DNA of 63,885 bases, filler included, from Octopus bimaculoides (GCF_001194135.2; 11 parts of 8 records of this genome joined end to end with filler, not necessarily neighbours in it), one strand, 5' to 3'. Positions 1 through 14,572 are shown, counted from the first letter of the whole stretch. A program made the numbers and translations. Notes: generated from the sequence alone by a model not told the origin.

Positions 1-32
<32 letters not shown>

Positions 33-299
33 TATATATATTACGGAGATGTACTTGCATAGAAAGTGACTTGACCTGAGATCGTTTGCTGAAACAAAAA
101 CAATTGCAGCGTGGAAGGTGTTTATAGGCCATTTAATAACACACAAAGTGAAACATATCTCCACTTCGTATCGCACCGTGAGTAACCACATTGATAAACT
201 AGCTCGATTTTTTTTATCCACTACAGCCCATGATTAACAACAACTACAACAACCACATCAACAGCTAAAAGAACAACGACAAGATCATGACCACCTGTG

Positions 300-543
300 A
301 TCACCACACAATAGACTCACTACTATTCGTCATCGTCGTCCTCGTCACCTTCACTATATCTACTGCTATTTCCACCTCCCCTTCTTCCCCTTCTTCCCCT
401 TCTTCATCTTCTCCTCCGCCCCCCCCCTGCCTCTGCTTCTGCTACTATACTTAGTGGTCAACGTCAAACATTCCATTCTCCCTCTGAAATTCCCAACCAC
501 TCCTAACCCACCACCACAGCTCCACTAACAGCTCAAGTACCAT

Positions 544-580
<37 letters not shown>
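300..580. repeat. Compound trinucleotide low-complexity tract (CTT/CGT/ACT)n
   Basis: Visible (CTTCTTCCC) repeats and an (ACT)n run at about 543-580. Confidence 0.8.
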
Positions 581-581
<1 letters not shown>

Positions 582-959
582 TCTCGTCCAATGTGCCAAA
601 TCAACCACTGCTCCTTTTCCCCTCCCCCGTCTCCACTAACCTATTATCATTATTAAAGTCAAACAATTCTAAATCTCAAACTATTTATAATCCACAAACA
701 CCCCTACAACAATCTCAAGTTCAATTCGCAATCCAAAAATATGCCGTCACTCCCTATGCGAAAGGCTATGTACAAACCGTGACTGTAATTTCACTCATCT
801 TCCAGCAACAAAATGCTCGAGCAATAGAAACTACCCCTACAATTTCCTTTCTACCACTGCAACATGACCAAAATCAAGAAATCGTAATCTTAAAATCTGC
901 TGTCACTTCCAATGTGAGAGATTATGTTTACAGCAAGATTGTAATTTACCATCGACGTA

Positions 960-1295
960 TCATTAAAAACAATACTGCCAGCCATCACCAAGATCGACCT
1001 GTTCTTGCATTGGTGTAGCTTTCAATGACAAAATTTGGCACAATTCTTTCCTGGATCTTCCAGATATATATTACTGCATACCTCTCCCGCCTTCGCTGTA
1101 GGAAGTAGAGTCGTAGCTGTTTCAGCCTTTGCCAATAGCTGAGCTGTTGCAATGAGACGATCTTCTTTGTGAAGCTTCGCTGGATTGTTTCAAAGTCCGC
1201 TGTTAATTTTACACAGTTGGGTGGCCATAGCTGGGAACAGTAATCCAGGCGGATTAGGACGAATGCCCTCCAGAGGACCATAATGGTCAACAAAT
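960..1295 (-). mobile_element. CR1/L2-group LINE remnant, C-terminal part of RT ORF
   Basis: ORF 985-1461(-) contains RAFVLIRLDYCSQLWPP...ETIQRSFTKKI...LSYWQRLKQLRLYFLQRRRERYAVIYIWKI. This matches the LEYCSQVWSP...LERVQRR.TK...LSYEERL..L.LYSL.RRR.R pattern of CR1/L2-group RT C-termini. Confidence 0.85.
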
Positions 1296-4200
1296 CATGG
1301 ATAGCTCTATAGAAAATGTATTCATGAGTGAAACTGCAATAATTCCTCAAAATTTGCAGCGTTCTTCTTTGCATAAAACCCCATGGCGAAGCTCCACTTA
1401 TCTTTTTATCAACCACATGGATGTCCATTTTACTATATATATTTTTTTTTAATATTTTCAATTCAGTGTCTTACAACATCACCAGTAATATATTTCCATT
1501 TTCGCATTTATCAAGTGAATTGATTGTAAAAAAAGAAACTCATTAATATAACGAATATGAATAATCGTATTACTTGTGCTAACAATACTACTGAAAATGA
1601 TGGAGAACAAGTGTATAAAGCTGATGAAGATGACGTCGTTGCCCGTTATGATGACGACATTAAGAATATATATGCCTTTGGTATCGAATATAAGGATGTT
1701 ATAGATAGTTGTATATACGAATGGCGCCATATTTTAAGCAGTGAAAATGTGGAAACTTTGTACAATGATGTTAGACAGTGATTTGAATAATAAAAAAAGG
1801 ATTTTGTATGTCGACAAACTGTCGTAGGAGATGAAAATATGGTGAAGACAATGGAATATGTGAAGTTACAAAAATGCAATGTGTTATTTCAACATTTGTT
1901 GATTACAAAGGATACTTATATTGCCCTACATCATATATGTGTGTGCATGTGAAGCAAATGATATCGAGGCTATAATGTTATGCTAATTCATCATAACTCA
2001 GAGAAAGAAAGATGAAAATCAATCCCATTTATATATATACTCAAGACTCATATAGCATAACTACTCGTCTGTAACACACGGCTTTAAGTCAAAGCACCTT
2101 CTGATGCACTGCTTTCAAAAAGTGAAAAATTGTCATCTTGCGTCCACGCACGCACGCACGCACGCACACATACACATACACGCACCTCCCACACACATGC
2201 ACACGGAGATGTATTCGAAGTATACCCTGTTGACGCACAGACACTTTGTATGTATTCTTAACGACTAATGGTATGTGAAAGAGGAATTCCAATGTGGTTA
2301 GGCTGGAAAACATTTTAAGTGATCAAGAACCTAAACACTTCGTTTGTGCTAATGTAAACTTATTTCGAATTGAGAAAATGGTTGTCTTGTATATAGCCGC
2401 TCTTACAATCTGCATACACAATATAATACCAAACAAAAAGTAATTGAGAAATGAATGCTCGTTGGCTATTATTATACAATCTAAAATGTGTTTCATTACC
2501 ATTGTATGGTAACTAAAATGGGTGAAAAAATTTCAAAACCATTTTGATGAAGATGTAGGGATATTAAGATATATTTCGCATATGCTTACCATTGAAATTA
2601 TATAGCAAAACAACATTTATTTTTGATATTATTACAGCAAGTACTAAAAGGTGATTGTGTCTTAGTAATTTGTTGGAGTCGAATCCGCATTTTTATCATC
2701 TGAAGCGCAACACGTCAGCCACTGGATCACAAAAGATTGGAAATTTTAAGACGACAGTAAGGAAATCTCGAATGCATTGACTCTTTCTTTTGATCATTAT
2801 ATTAAAATATATCACATTTAGACAATCGACGGAAACTTTGAAATATTTTGGACATTATCAATATTTGAATGTAGAGTGGTAGTTGACAAACACCTTATAA
2901 AACCCATCTCCGTTGCATGGGCGGGAAGGTCTCTCCTAGATATTTAATGGAATGCATATACAAAAATATAAATGACATTGTAATTGGCATCTGAAATATG
3001 ATGGAACCACCTTCATAATAAACAGATGATTACTTGCCAGAATCTTAGACTACAGTAATCATATGTGAAATGTTAAGTGAGTATTTTTTGTTTGATAGCG
3101 ATTATGTTTCCATTGTTGTTAAACTAGATTATACTTTCATACTTAAGAGCACAAGATTTCAATGGCTAGATAAATGAAAATGTGAAATCATCTAATGTAT
3201 AATGGTTATCATGCATAGCTTGTGATCCAGTCTCAATTTATTATTCTTTTCCAAACTAAATTATATGAGGGACCTAATTTATACGTTAATTTAAAACTTG
3301 CAGTGAGTATTCCATTTAAAATACCGCACCAGTTCCTTCACCAGTCAGAAGTTCGTTCTTCCAAAAGCACCACCACTTTATTTGACTTACTTTGTAAATA
3401 AAAAAATGCAGTACTATAGAATAATTTCCAAACTCGTGCTCACTTTACTCTTCGTATGCTCCACGCTTACGAGAGAAATGAAATCTAAATTAGATTTTAA
3501 AATATTTTTACAAGAGGACAACAAGCCATAGAACTGGTTGAATGATTCTACTTGATTATTACTCTACTCTCAAACGAAGTTCTTCTCATTTTCGTTACCA
3601 AAATGTGTTAAATCTACACTTATCAAGTAGTTGAATTTGTTTTGCTATGCATTGTATTTTCATATTTATGTATGTAACAATTGTGTGGCATTCCTCTCAT
3701 CTCTCAGTATATATACTATGTGTGTGAGGTTATTCTATAATATATAAAATTATGTCTAAACATTGAAATAGATATGTTAAATACTATCAACGTTTTTACC
3801 TTTAAGTTATATTAACACACTACCTTCTCTGACAACTTTCTTTTTTTACACTAAGCCAACAGCATAGACTGCTGTTTATTTCATTAGTCTTAGACAGCTT
3901 TGTCCACGAATTCGGTTTCAGACATATATGTAGAGATATTTCTTATATTCTTTTTCCTACTTAAGCTGTGGATTTTAGGATATTGCTTGAAATAGAAAGG
4001 TTTTCGAATTTTCTTGCTGAAAGCAGTCTCCATCAGATACATTGGCCATCAATTTTATTTTCTGCAACGTCTCTAGTTTTCAAAATAATTTTCAAATGTT
4101 TTGTTCAACTTCAAAGATATAGGGAACAGGGAAATGTAATCCTTTCTCTAATGTGATTCTTCTGCAAACAAAGGTTAAGCAATATTATTGGACTGAGATC

Positions 4201-4829
4201 GTCTGGGGACTGTTTATGATTGCAATTTACTAAAGAATTTTAATCATGTAAATCCATATATGAATGTTGATGTCACTAACCACTTTCGAATTGTCTTCTT
4301 GGCATGGAAATTTGCAATTGTATCAAATTATTTCACTCAATATTTTATTAAAAAAATACCGCAAGAATAAATCTATTCAAGATGCATTACAGTCTCAGTC
4401 AATTTTCGGTAATAATTGCTAATTCTTGGTTAAGATTTTTCTTGCTTTGGAGTCAACAATCTCTCAGTGATACAATTTACCGGCTTTTAGTGACGCTATT
4501 TACTATAAAATTGTATCTACAAAATATAAAGTAATCTGGATAAGTGTTGTAATACCAAAAGAGCAGTATGTTACTCAGTAAAATATGGTGTTTGTATATA
4601 TAATTAATTGAATATTTTTTTTATTATTAATTGTTCGTGTCGTACATTGGAAGTTTTAGATATTGAAGCGACCGGCCATATATCCGCAAACTCAAAATAC
4701 ATGGAGGAACTAACCGAAGGAAATCATAATAAACTGAAACACAAAAGAAAGATCGCACACATACTAAATAGAAACCGGCGTATCAACAGACATCCATAAC
4801 ATTGATTGAAGAGTGCTAATTAAGAAACC

Positions 4830-5930
4830 GTTCTTTCCTAATGATAAAAAAGTCATTTCTTGAAACATGTTTGACATCACATATTTCTAATCATGTGATG
4901 TCAAACATGTGATATCTAAAGAGATGAACTCACTATCCTGTGTGACCACCGTTAGCGTTGATTACCGCCAGGCATCTTCTGTACATTTAATGCACCAAAC
5001 AATTGTTGAAGGCAATGGAGATAGCAACCTATACTCTATTAAAACTTGCAATGAGTTGTGCCGCAATTGTCGGCCTTGGACGGATGTCATTTAGCCTTGT
5101 TTTGATTTCGTCCCACAGGTACTCTACATGGTTCAAGTCCAGCCTTAAAGCAAGCAGTGTCTGGATGTTGTGCTGTTGCTGGACGTCTGTTGTCAACCTA
5201 GCAGTATGGACACTGGCGTTGTCGTGTTGGAACATATGATTCCGATGACGGGCAAAGTATGACACAATATGAGGCCTCAACACTTGGTCGCTGTAGCCAT
5301 TGTCCCAGCCTTGGCCGATGTTTTGGAAGACCACCGGTCCAAGTTTCTAGTTTAGAGTAATCCCTTCCCATACCATGATTCTCTGTCCTCCTAATGAGTC
5401 TCTCTCTTCCATACCGCCATCGGCATGACGTTCACTCCTCCTTCTCTAAACACTAGCTTTGCCATCTGCCACAGAAATGTATTATCGTCCTTCGTCCTCC
5501 AATGCTGATATCACCAGTTCTGACGTTTTTGAGCCCCCTGCGGACGTGCCTGTCAATGACGTTCTGTCGATAAGACAGATTGAAAGATCGTAACTTGCGG
5601 CGGACTGATTTTACACAAATGGGTCTGTGGTTAGTCCCTATGGGCTGCCTAATTGATTCCGTTGCCCTCCGGAATAGGTCCTGCAAGTGCTGTCGATACA
5701 GATGGTTATCTTGACGTGCCGTAGTAACCTTCGGGTGGACATTGCGTGGACGATCATGCGAACTGTTTGTGTCATTGTATCGAGCCCCCAGCTGCTCAAT
5801 TGTCCGAATGCAGCAGTTAAAGTCATTAGCAATGGCCCATCGACGGTGACCAGCATAGAGGCGTCCGGTGGATTGCTCCCTCTGATTTCATGTCAGTCTT
5901 GGCATGCTTGCTGCGTTTGGGAAACGAATT
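4830..5930 (-). mobile_element. Decayed Tc1-family transposon (transposase pseudogene)
   Basis: Minus strand from ATG at 5905: MPRLT*NQREQSTGRL...DRPRNVHPKVTTARQDNHL...RRKLRS (paired-like HTH region), then GGQRIMVWEGI and FQHDNASVHTA...DLNHVEYLWDEIK (Tc1 DDE motifs). Contains stops and frameshifts; TIRs not resolved. Confidence 0.88.
4865..4910. repeat. Perfect 18-bp inverted repeat with 10-nt loop
   Basis: ACATGTTTGACATCACAT (4865-4882) and ATGTGATGTCAAACATGT (4893-4910) are exact reverse complements. Confidence 0.95.
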
Positions 5931-5932
5931 AA

Positions 5933-7575
5933 TTGTTTATTGCCCACAGGAGGCCAAACATAGAGGGGACAATACAGGGAAGTGAAGCCGGGAGGAGAAA
6001 ACATAAATATCAAAAACGAATAAAAATCTCGATAACAAGATCGAATGAAATACAATACAAACGACAAACAATGAATTGGGAAATGGGTTCTACTTTCGAA
6101 CCCGCAAGCCCCGATCCGCCACTGCTAACCTTAAGAAGTCTTTCAGGACACTCTTAAGTGGAGACATTCACTCCCACCATTCTTGCTACAATCTTCCATC
6201 TTTTCTTGCATACATCCGGCGATAGGCACTCTTTCTCCACCCTTATCTTACCTTTTATGTGAAAGGATAGGAATCTCACAAAAAAAAAAAAAAGGCTGGA
6301 GATAAAAGTGCCTGCTACGATACCTTTCACACGGGTTTTCCACACGACCTCTTTTGCAGTTGTAAGTGCCGTGAGAAAACGCACCTTACCGTCTTTGTCA
6401 GAGGAGGAATGACGAACAATTTTTATGATCGACTCGGAAGACAGTTGTACTCTACGAAGTCGTAACAACAGGTGTTCTAAGTAAACCCATATTTCCTAAA
6501 TTTAGGGCGTTGCACAAGCGCGCGAAGAACAGTTTTCCTGTCCTACTCACAACTTGGGCACAAAGGTAAACAGGAGCCACCATGTCTTGTGAATTTATCG
6601 CGAACCGGTAGTGCACCTCGGAAGCATTGCTAAGTCAGAGATCTCTGGAAGTTATCCAAAGACCCTGGCCCGAATGTTCTTCAGAACAGGCTGGTTAACT
6701 GACTTTCGTCGAAGCTTAGAGTCTCCCCCAGGCCGCCATCATTCCTTGCCTCTACCAGCCTTCTCCAGAAGAACGACGTAGAACCCCCGCCGCTGGAGTT
6801 GCCCGTGCCTGAGAGAAACCGGAGTGCCTGTTAACACGCCAAGTCGCCACTCGCCCCAATTATTCTCTATCTGGAGAATAACCCATAGCATTTAGAACCA
6901 GCCCTTCAATCCAGCGCCCTACAACGTTGTTGGAAGGCATCGACTTGCCTCTTCAGGTGTTGAGTTGCAAGCCGACTGATTTTCCCCTGTTCATTTTAGC
7001 TCCGACCACCGCCTTGTACTCCTTGATGGCTTCACTCACAATCTGTAGGTGATCCACCTCGGATACGATGGTGGATATGTCATCCGCAAACGCTGTGGCC
7101 GCCATCCTATAACCTAAATCGCATGGGTGCCCCTTGGTCCTTCCAAACTCCGTAGTAAATGCTCAAGAGCCAAAACGTACAGAATGGGACAGAGAGGACA
7201 TCCTTGACAGACCGAACACTTGATGTTGAACAGTTCCAAAAAGAAACCATTCACCCGAATGATCGAGTCGATGTTACAATACAAAGCTATGATCCAGCTG
7301 CAGAAGACGGATCCAAGCCCGAAAGCCACGAGGACCGTCACCAGGTACCGATGGTCAAACCTACCGAACGCCTTAGATTGATCTAAATGTACCAGAGCCC
7401 CACCGTTTCCAGTAAACCTATTAACCCTCTCTAAGGTGTGGCGTAGAAGGTGGAGTTTATCGTGTATGGATCTGCCGGGAACGGCCAATATTTGTGCCTC
7501 CCCGACGAGTTCATCCACCACTCGCGCCAACATTTTTGCTAACAGAATTTTCCCAATACAGGGACGATACAACCT
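5933..7575 (-). mobile_element. 5'-truncated L1/Tx1-clade LINE (RT, C-terminus and 3' UTR)
   Basis: ORF 7114-7572(-): LDQSKAFGRFDHRYL...VCQGCPLCPILYVLALE, followed by a TAFADD motif near 7075-7095. ORF 6154-6468(-) AKEVVWKTRVKG...KIRVEKECLSP...KRW resembles Tx1-type C-termini. The 3' UTR ends ...GGGCAATAAAC near 5935. Confidence 0.88.
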
Positions 7576-7668
7576 GTAGCCAACAAATTAGTAAAGAGAC
7601 TCTCTTTATTACAAAAAACAGACCCTTTTGAACGCGTCTACAACAAACGACATATCCACCACGGCCTT

Positions 7669-8060
7669 AGAATAACACAAACAGAAATGCAAATATTAAA
7701 AATGATACATTCAAGAGATAATCAAGAATTCATTTAAAAACTCTCCCAATCACTGCTATAATCCATAACGAGCCACCCTTAGGTCACTTGACAATTTAAC
7801 ACCTTACTACTATGAAACTACCTACATTCTTTCTTTTTCATCCTTCTCTTTTTTCTTCTTCGTTTTCTTCCTCTCCACCACCTCCTTCTTAACGTTACCA
7901 CTATTGCTTTAGAATAACACCTACGCAAATTTTATAAACAAAACATTCAAAAGAAATGTCTCAAGAATTCAATGACTACAACCATCCACAACGGGTCACT
8001 TTCAGGGCACTCGACCATTTGATATACTACTATAATGGCACTCCCGCAATCTTCTTCTTC
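7669..8060 (+). repeat. Diverged tandem duplication, about 240-bp period
   Basis: AGAATAACAC...CATTCAA...CAAGAATTCA...TACTACTAT recurs from about 7669 and about 7910. Confidence 0.55.
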
Positions 8061-9007
8061 TTCTTCTTCTTCTTCTTCTTCTTCTTCTTCNNNNNNNNNN
8101 NNNNNNNNNNNNNNNNNNNNNNNNNNNNNNNNNNNNNNNNNNNNNNNNNNNNNNNNNNNNNNNNNNNNNNNNNNNNNNNNNNNNNNNNNNNNNNNNNNNN
8201 NNNNNNNNNNNNNNNNNNNNNNNNNNNNNNNNNNNNNNNNNNNNNNNNNNNNNNNNNNNNNNNNNNNNNNNNNNNNNNNNNNNNNNNNNNNNNNNNNNNN
8301 NNNNNNNNNNNNNNNNNNNNNNNNNNNNNNNNNNNNNNNNNNNNNNNNNNNNNNNNNNNNNNNNNNNNNNNNNNNNNNNNNNNNNNNNNNNNNNNNNNNN
8401 NNNNNNNNNNNNNNNNNNNNNNNNNNNNNNNNNNNNNNNNNNNNNNNNNNNNNNNNNNNNNNNNNNNNNNNNNNNNNNNNNNNNNNNNNNNNNNNNNNNN
8501 NNNNNNNNNNNNNNNNNNNNNNNNNNNNNNNNNNNNNNNNNNNNNNNNNNNNNNNNNNNNNNNNNNNNNNNNNNNNNNNNNNNNNNNNNNNNNNNNNNNN
8601 NNNNNNNNNNNNNNNNNNNNNNNNNNNNNNNNNNNNNNNNNNNNNNNNNNNNNNNNNNNNNNNNNNNNNNNNNNNNNNNNNNNNNNNNNNNNNNNNNNNN
8701 NNNNNNNNNNNNNNNNNNNNNNNNNNNNNNNNNNNNNNNNNNNNNNNNNNNNNNNNNNNNNNNNNNNNNNNNNNNNNNNNNNNNNNNNNNNNNNNNNNNN
8801 NNNNNNNNNNNNNNNNNNNNNNNNNNNNNNNNNNNNNNNNNNNNNNNNNNNNNNNNNNNNNNNNNNNNNNNNNNNNNNNNNNNNNNNNNNNNNNNNNNNN
8901 NNNNNNNNNNNNNNNNNNNNNNNNNNNNNNNNNNNNNNNNNNNNNNNNNNNNNNNNNNNNNNNNNNNNNNNNNNNNNNNNNNNNNNNNNNNNNNNNNNNN
9001 NNNNNNN

Positions 9008-9056
<49 letters not shown>

Positions 9057-9936
9057 TGTGTGTGTGTATGTGTGTGTGTGCGCGCGCGCGTGAGTGTTTG
9101 TGTGTATGCATCAAAGAGTGACAGAAATAAAGGCAGATTTATGAAATAAATGTGCGTTTGCTTCGCTTCAATCCAATTACTTGCATTAAGTACACATTTT
9201 TTAAACACGATCTAATTAACTATTGAGATGAGTCTAGAAATGGAAAAAATACTTTTCTATTTATTCCTGTATGCATATGTTAAATTTGACAAAGAAATAT
9301 TGTATTAGCTTGTAGACGATAAAGAATCAGCTGTAATATGTTAAATTATGTAAGCTGCAAAATTTTTAATAACTGATTCATCATATTCTGAAGCCATAAA
9401 TCAATAAAATCGCTAATTAATTCGTAGGGTTTCACTCATGTATGTAAAGAAATGGTTGATTTGGCATTTAACGAAAATGACGGCCAGGAAGATATAGATA
9501 TTTTAAAACATTAAAATAATATAGTTTCGAAATTAAATATTCATACAATTATTTAATTTATTTATTTTCATTACAAGATCTATGTGTGGCATTAAATCCG
9601 GTATTTAAAAGTTAATAACAGAAAACATAATTGGAAATTATGTTTTGCCTCCATCACGCAAGTTGATTAATCACATATTTTTCAATAAGGAAAGTCATTT
9701 ATATAATAAATTGTACATCAACTGTCAGCAGAACGTATTTCACAACATTTATTCACCTGATCTCATTATTGGTACATTGATATTAAATAGAATTTTCCAT
9801 GACTTGTGAAAAGTTGTCGATATTAAAATGAGTATTCGTCATATTTTGGACATGGGAATATGAAAAAGATATGTGTGTGTGTGCGTGTTAGTGTGTGTGT
9901 ATAACTATATATATACATATATATGTATGTATACAT

Positions 9937-9973
<37 letters not shown>

Positions 9974-10864
9974 NNNNNNNNNNNNNNNNNNNNNNNNNNN
10001 NNNNNNNNNNNNNNNNNNNNNNNNNNNNNNNNNNNNNNNNNNNNNNNNNNNNNNNNNNNNNNNNNNNNNNNNNNNNNNNNNNNNNNNNNNNNNNNNNNNN
10101 NNNNNNNNNNNNNNNNNNNNNNNNNNNNNNNNNNNNNNNNNNNNNNNNNNNNNNNNNNNNNNNNNNNNNNNNNNNNNNNNNNNNNNNNNNNNNNNNNNNN
10201 NNNNNNNNNNNNNNNNNNNNNNNNNNNNNNNNNNNNNNNNNNNNNNNNNNNNNNNNNNNNNNNNNNNNNNNNNNNNNNNNNNNNNNNNNNNNNNNNNNNN
10301 NNNTATATATATATATATATCGATCTCCCTTGGGTGGGAAACTGAAGAACTAGTTCAGGAGCATCCAGTGGTGCAGATGTATATCGTCCAATGATAAATA
10401 CATCTCGTTAAAATATCAGTATGGCAATGTAACTTCTCGTTTTATAGAAAGGAAACCAGCCAGACTGAGAAAATATCTTTATTTATATAGAAGATCAAAA
10501 ATAAAATCACAGATGAATCAATGAATAAAAGAATAAAATAATATGGGTGTCATATCTCAACAAAAGCGCATGTCATCAAAACTCTATTGCTAATATCATT
10601 ATCCACCGCATCCTGAGCACTACTAGCAACTTAATCTACTTATCAACCACAACTTCCTAACATGTTAACATCATCAATTACAGTTACATTTGAATACAAT
10701 GATTTCGTATCCTAGCAGACGCATTTACTAAAACGCATTTACTAAAAAGTGACACCAATATTTTCGTCTTTGAAAGAAGTCTTCTCCGTGAAGCTATATA
10801 CTCTAGTACCTTTAGATAAAGATAATTTATCTATATTTTTATATATCTATCTTTCACTGCTCTC

Positions 10865-10907
<43 letters not shown>

Positions 10908-13900
10908 GCATATATATTTGATTATGTATACAAATATGTGTGTGTGTGTGTATGTGCGTTTGTGTTTGTTTGCTGTGAGAGAGAGAGAGTGCATCTGCAA
11001 GTGTATACAGAGATATACATACACATATATATATACATATCTTAATATTTATGTATATGTATAAGTAGATATACATATGTACGTATATNNNNNNNNNNNN
11101 NNNNNNNNNNNNNNNNNNNNNNNNNNNNNNNNNNNNNNNNNNNNNNNNNNNNNNNNNNNNNNNNNNNNNNNNNNNNNNNNNNNNNNNNNNNNNNNNNNNN
11201 NNNNNNNNNNNNNNNNNNNNNNNNNNNNNNNNNNNNNNNNNNNNNNNNNNNNNNNNNNNNNNNNNNNNNNNNNNNNNNNNNNNNNNNNNNNNNNNNNNNN
11301 NNNNNNNNNNNNNNNNNNNNNNNNNNNNNNNNNNNNNNNNNNNNNNNNNNNNNNNNNNNNNNNNNNNNNNNNNNNNNNNNNNNNNNNNNNNNNNNNNNNN
11401 NNNNNNNNNNNNNNNNNNNNNNNNNNNNNNNNNNNNNNNNNNNNNNNNNATATATATATATATACCAGTATTTTCCATGTATAGTCGTTCACATGTAGCA
11501 GAAAACTGTTGATTGAATCGATATTACTGTATTATTAGTTCATATTTTAGAGTAGCAAAATTTCAACTCGAAGCCGAAATACCAAATATAATTACTGAAA
11601 TGCTCGCTATCCTATTTTTCCTGCAACTTATTTGCCATCGAAAGACTTAGTATTTTCGGCAAAACAACGCTGCATAAATCACTTACGTGTAACAATTGTT
11701 TGCATGCAAATATAAATTGTAAACTTAATTATATTCTGTTGAAATTAATTGTTGAGATTTTCATCATTAAGACGTGTAATATTTCTGAAGATAATGTGTT
11801 GTTTAGTAAATGTATGCTAATTAGGGGATAATTAAACATGTTTTAATTTATAGAAATTTCAGTTCTTTGTAATATATTTCTAAACTAACACCAGGTGAAA
11901 TTTTTGCATCGACTATCAGTAAATCTATTTTGAGAAGCTACATAATAATTCAATTAATTCTTTACCAATTCAATATTCGCCATTACATTATTTATGCTGA
12001 TAGGAAAGGAAATCATAAATGTTTATGCCAGAATTATTCTGCAGAATAATATTTTCGGAACATTTTATATTAAACAATGACGTACATACATAATCTGTCA
12101 CAAATTTTCTGTTAATAAAAAATTTGCAAATATTTAAAAATTTTATTTCAGGTATTATTTACGAAAGGCTGAGTATTTGTGTACAGCAGAAATAAATAAT
12201 ATTGCAGAATACTATTCGACTTTCAAATCATATATGAAGGCTGATATATCTAAATCATGTAATGTTTTCTATTATGAATCAAAAGTTAGCATGATAATAA
12301 ATTAAATTGAGAATGATATACATCGCAAGATACCTGTAACGGCTGCAGGAAGATTCAATTTCTTTACGAGAGAAAGTTTTGAGAGAAAAGCCGATGTGAA
12401 GTGAAAATGAAAATAAAATTCATAGTTGAGCGAACTTGCTTCTTTCCTGTTTTGAGTCATATTAGCTGCAAAAATATAAAATACTTATGCCAATCTTGCT
12501 TTCAATAAATATAAATATTGTAGGATTTCACTCGCATGGCACGGGTAGAAAAGAATATTCTCGGAGACTATAAATATTAAATCATTGCGTGTATAACAAT
12601 ATACAACCTCCATCGAAACATTTTCCCACAGGTGGGACGAAAACCATTTCGTAATTTAAATAAGGTTATTTTGTTGGTAATTAACATTTCATGATCGCTG
12701 TTCTTGATAGACTACGATATAACTGAATTATTATGAATTAATATGATATAGTCTTGCATCTTTTATGGGCAGAATACCGAGGTATTATGGAAAGTCTGGT
12801 ATGCTTTCAGAGAAGACTTACAATAAACTTTCAGTAAATAAAAGGAATAGTTTCGATAACATAGTTTATACCCAACATTCAGTAACGCATTAAATTACTT
12901 ATTTTTTTTATAAGAATATAGCTATTTGATGCAAATCGGAACCGGCATATTTTCTGTTCTGTATTGTAAGTGCCCCGTAACTTAAATACGCATATTGAAA
13001 GAACTAGGCCGGGTAAACCAATGCAAAACGAAGAGAAAATTCAAACATTCAACATTTTTGCAAAATGATTTATTATTAAGGGGTTGATTGTCATATAACA
13101 TACGTAAAATGAAATATCTAAAATATTCATCATCCCATTTATTATATGTTTGTTTTACTTAACCTTTTGTTAAATATATTGGACGAATCAAGAAAGGATG
13201 TGTGTGTGTTTGTATGGAAGTAATATAACATATGGTACGTCTCTCCTAGTTACTTTTACCAGATACCTGTATAGATTCAAGTACATAATTATATATCAGG
13301 AAATCGATCCGTAAAAGGCATTAAAATTGAGTTGCTTGCATCTTAGCATTGTAAAGTTCAAAATGTTTTAAAACGCATCGAAAGGCTTGTTCTTAAAATG
13401 TATTATAAAAACCATTTAGGTTAGGATTACTCAACTGTAACAAAAAGATATCCTGTTATTATAAACGATTTTTTTTTAAACAGATAAATTTATTAGAAAG
13501 AGATAATTTTATGTCACCCTTGTCTCGTTGAACAAAATGTTTAAATCCTGGGGGTCATAATAAAACGTATTTTCCCCATCAGGTTCATTATTAATGGAAT
13601 ACCTATGATAGCCGTAGTTAGCCCTTCAGTAGGAACCAATTCTGTGATTAAATTAAGGTGCTCAAGTTTGCCATAGAAGCAATTATTAATCATGCTTTAT
13701 TTTAAAGGATCAGATAATTCAAATAACTTCAAACCGGTATCACAGATATAGCTAATTCTTAGCTTGAGCATGCCATTTGGAATGATCATGCGTATGAGAA
13801 AATCAGGTACATGCTAAGAGATTATCATCGTATTTAATGATCTAATTCATGATTAACTGCACTTAAGCCATTTAAATTCTGAATATTTAATCTCATTAAC

Positions 13901-14538
13901 GTCTTAAATACGTTGTCTTTAATATAGTATTATAGTAAATTAAGTCTCTCCTATAATTATGCCAAATAAAAGAATGTTCAACATACACCACATAATCATA
14001 TATATATCTACGGCCACATATGTGATGCAGATATGTGCGACAATCAGAAGTTACGAAGAGGTTACGACAAAATACAATCAAATATTTAATAGCAGATGGC
14101 ATAGGGTCGGACAACATTCCATACTGTATTAGATTATGTAACACTATATTTCTAATGCTGATAATTACTCATATGTATACAGATATTTACTTTCATCCAT
14201 TCTATTTCTTTTTGGAATGTGTAATATAAAAACAGGGTAAATAATATACTCAGTTGTTACGTTCAAGATACTGGACCTACTGAATAATAGGCAAAGCATT
14301 CGAGCAAGCGACAAAATATATCAGACGATAGGAAACTAAAATATTCTCAATCTGCAGAATTCAACATGTCTGTATTTGCATATTTATGCTCTAAATTCTT
14401 TTAGACTTCAGTCAAATTACTAGAGTTTTACAAATATGACTCTTATAAGAAAAATACGCAGACATTTATATAGGCATTCAAACACACGCCGTATATACAT
14501 ATGTATATGTTTGTATGCGTCTGTATGTGTGTGTACGA

Positions 14539-14572
<34 letters not shown>

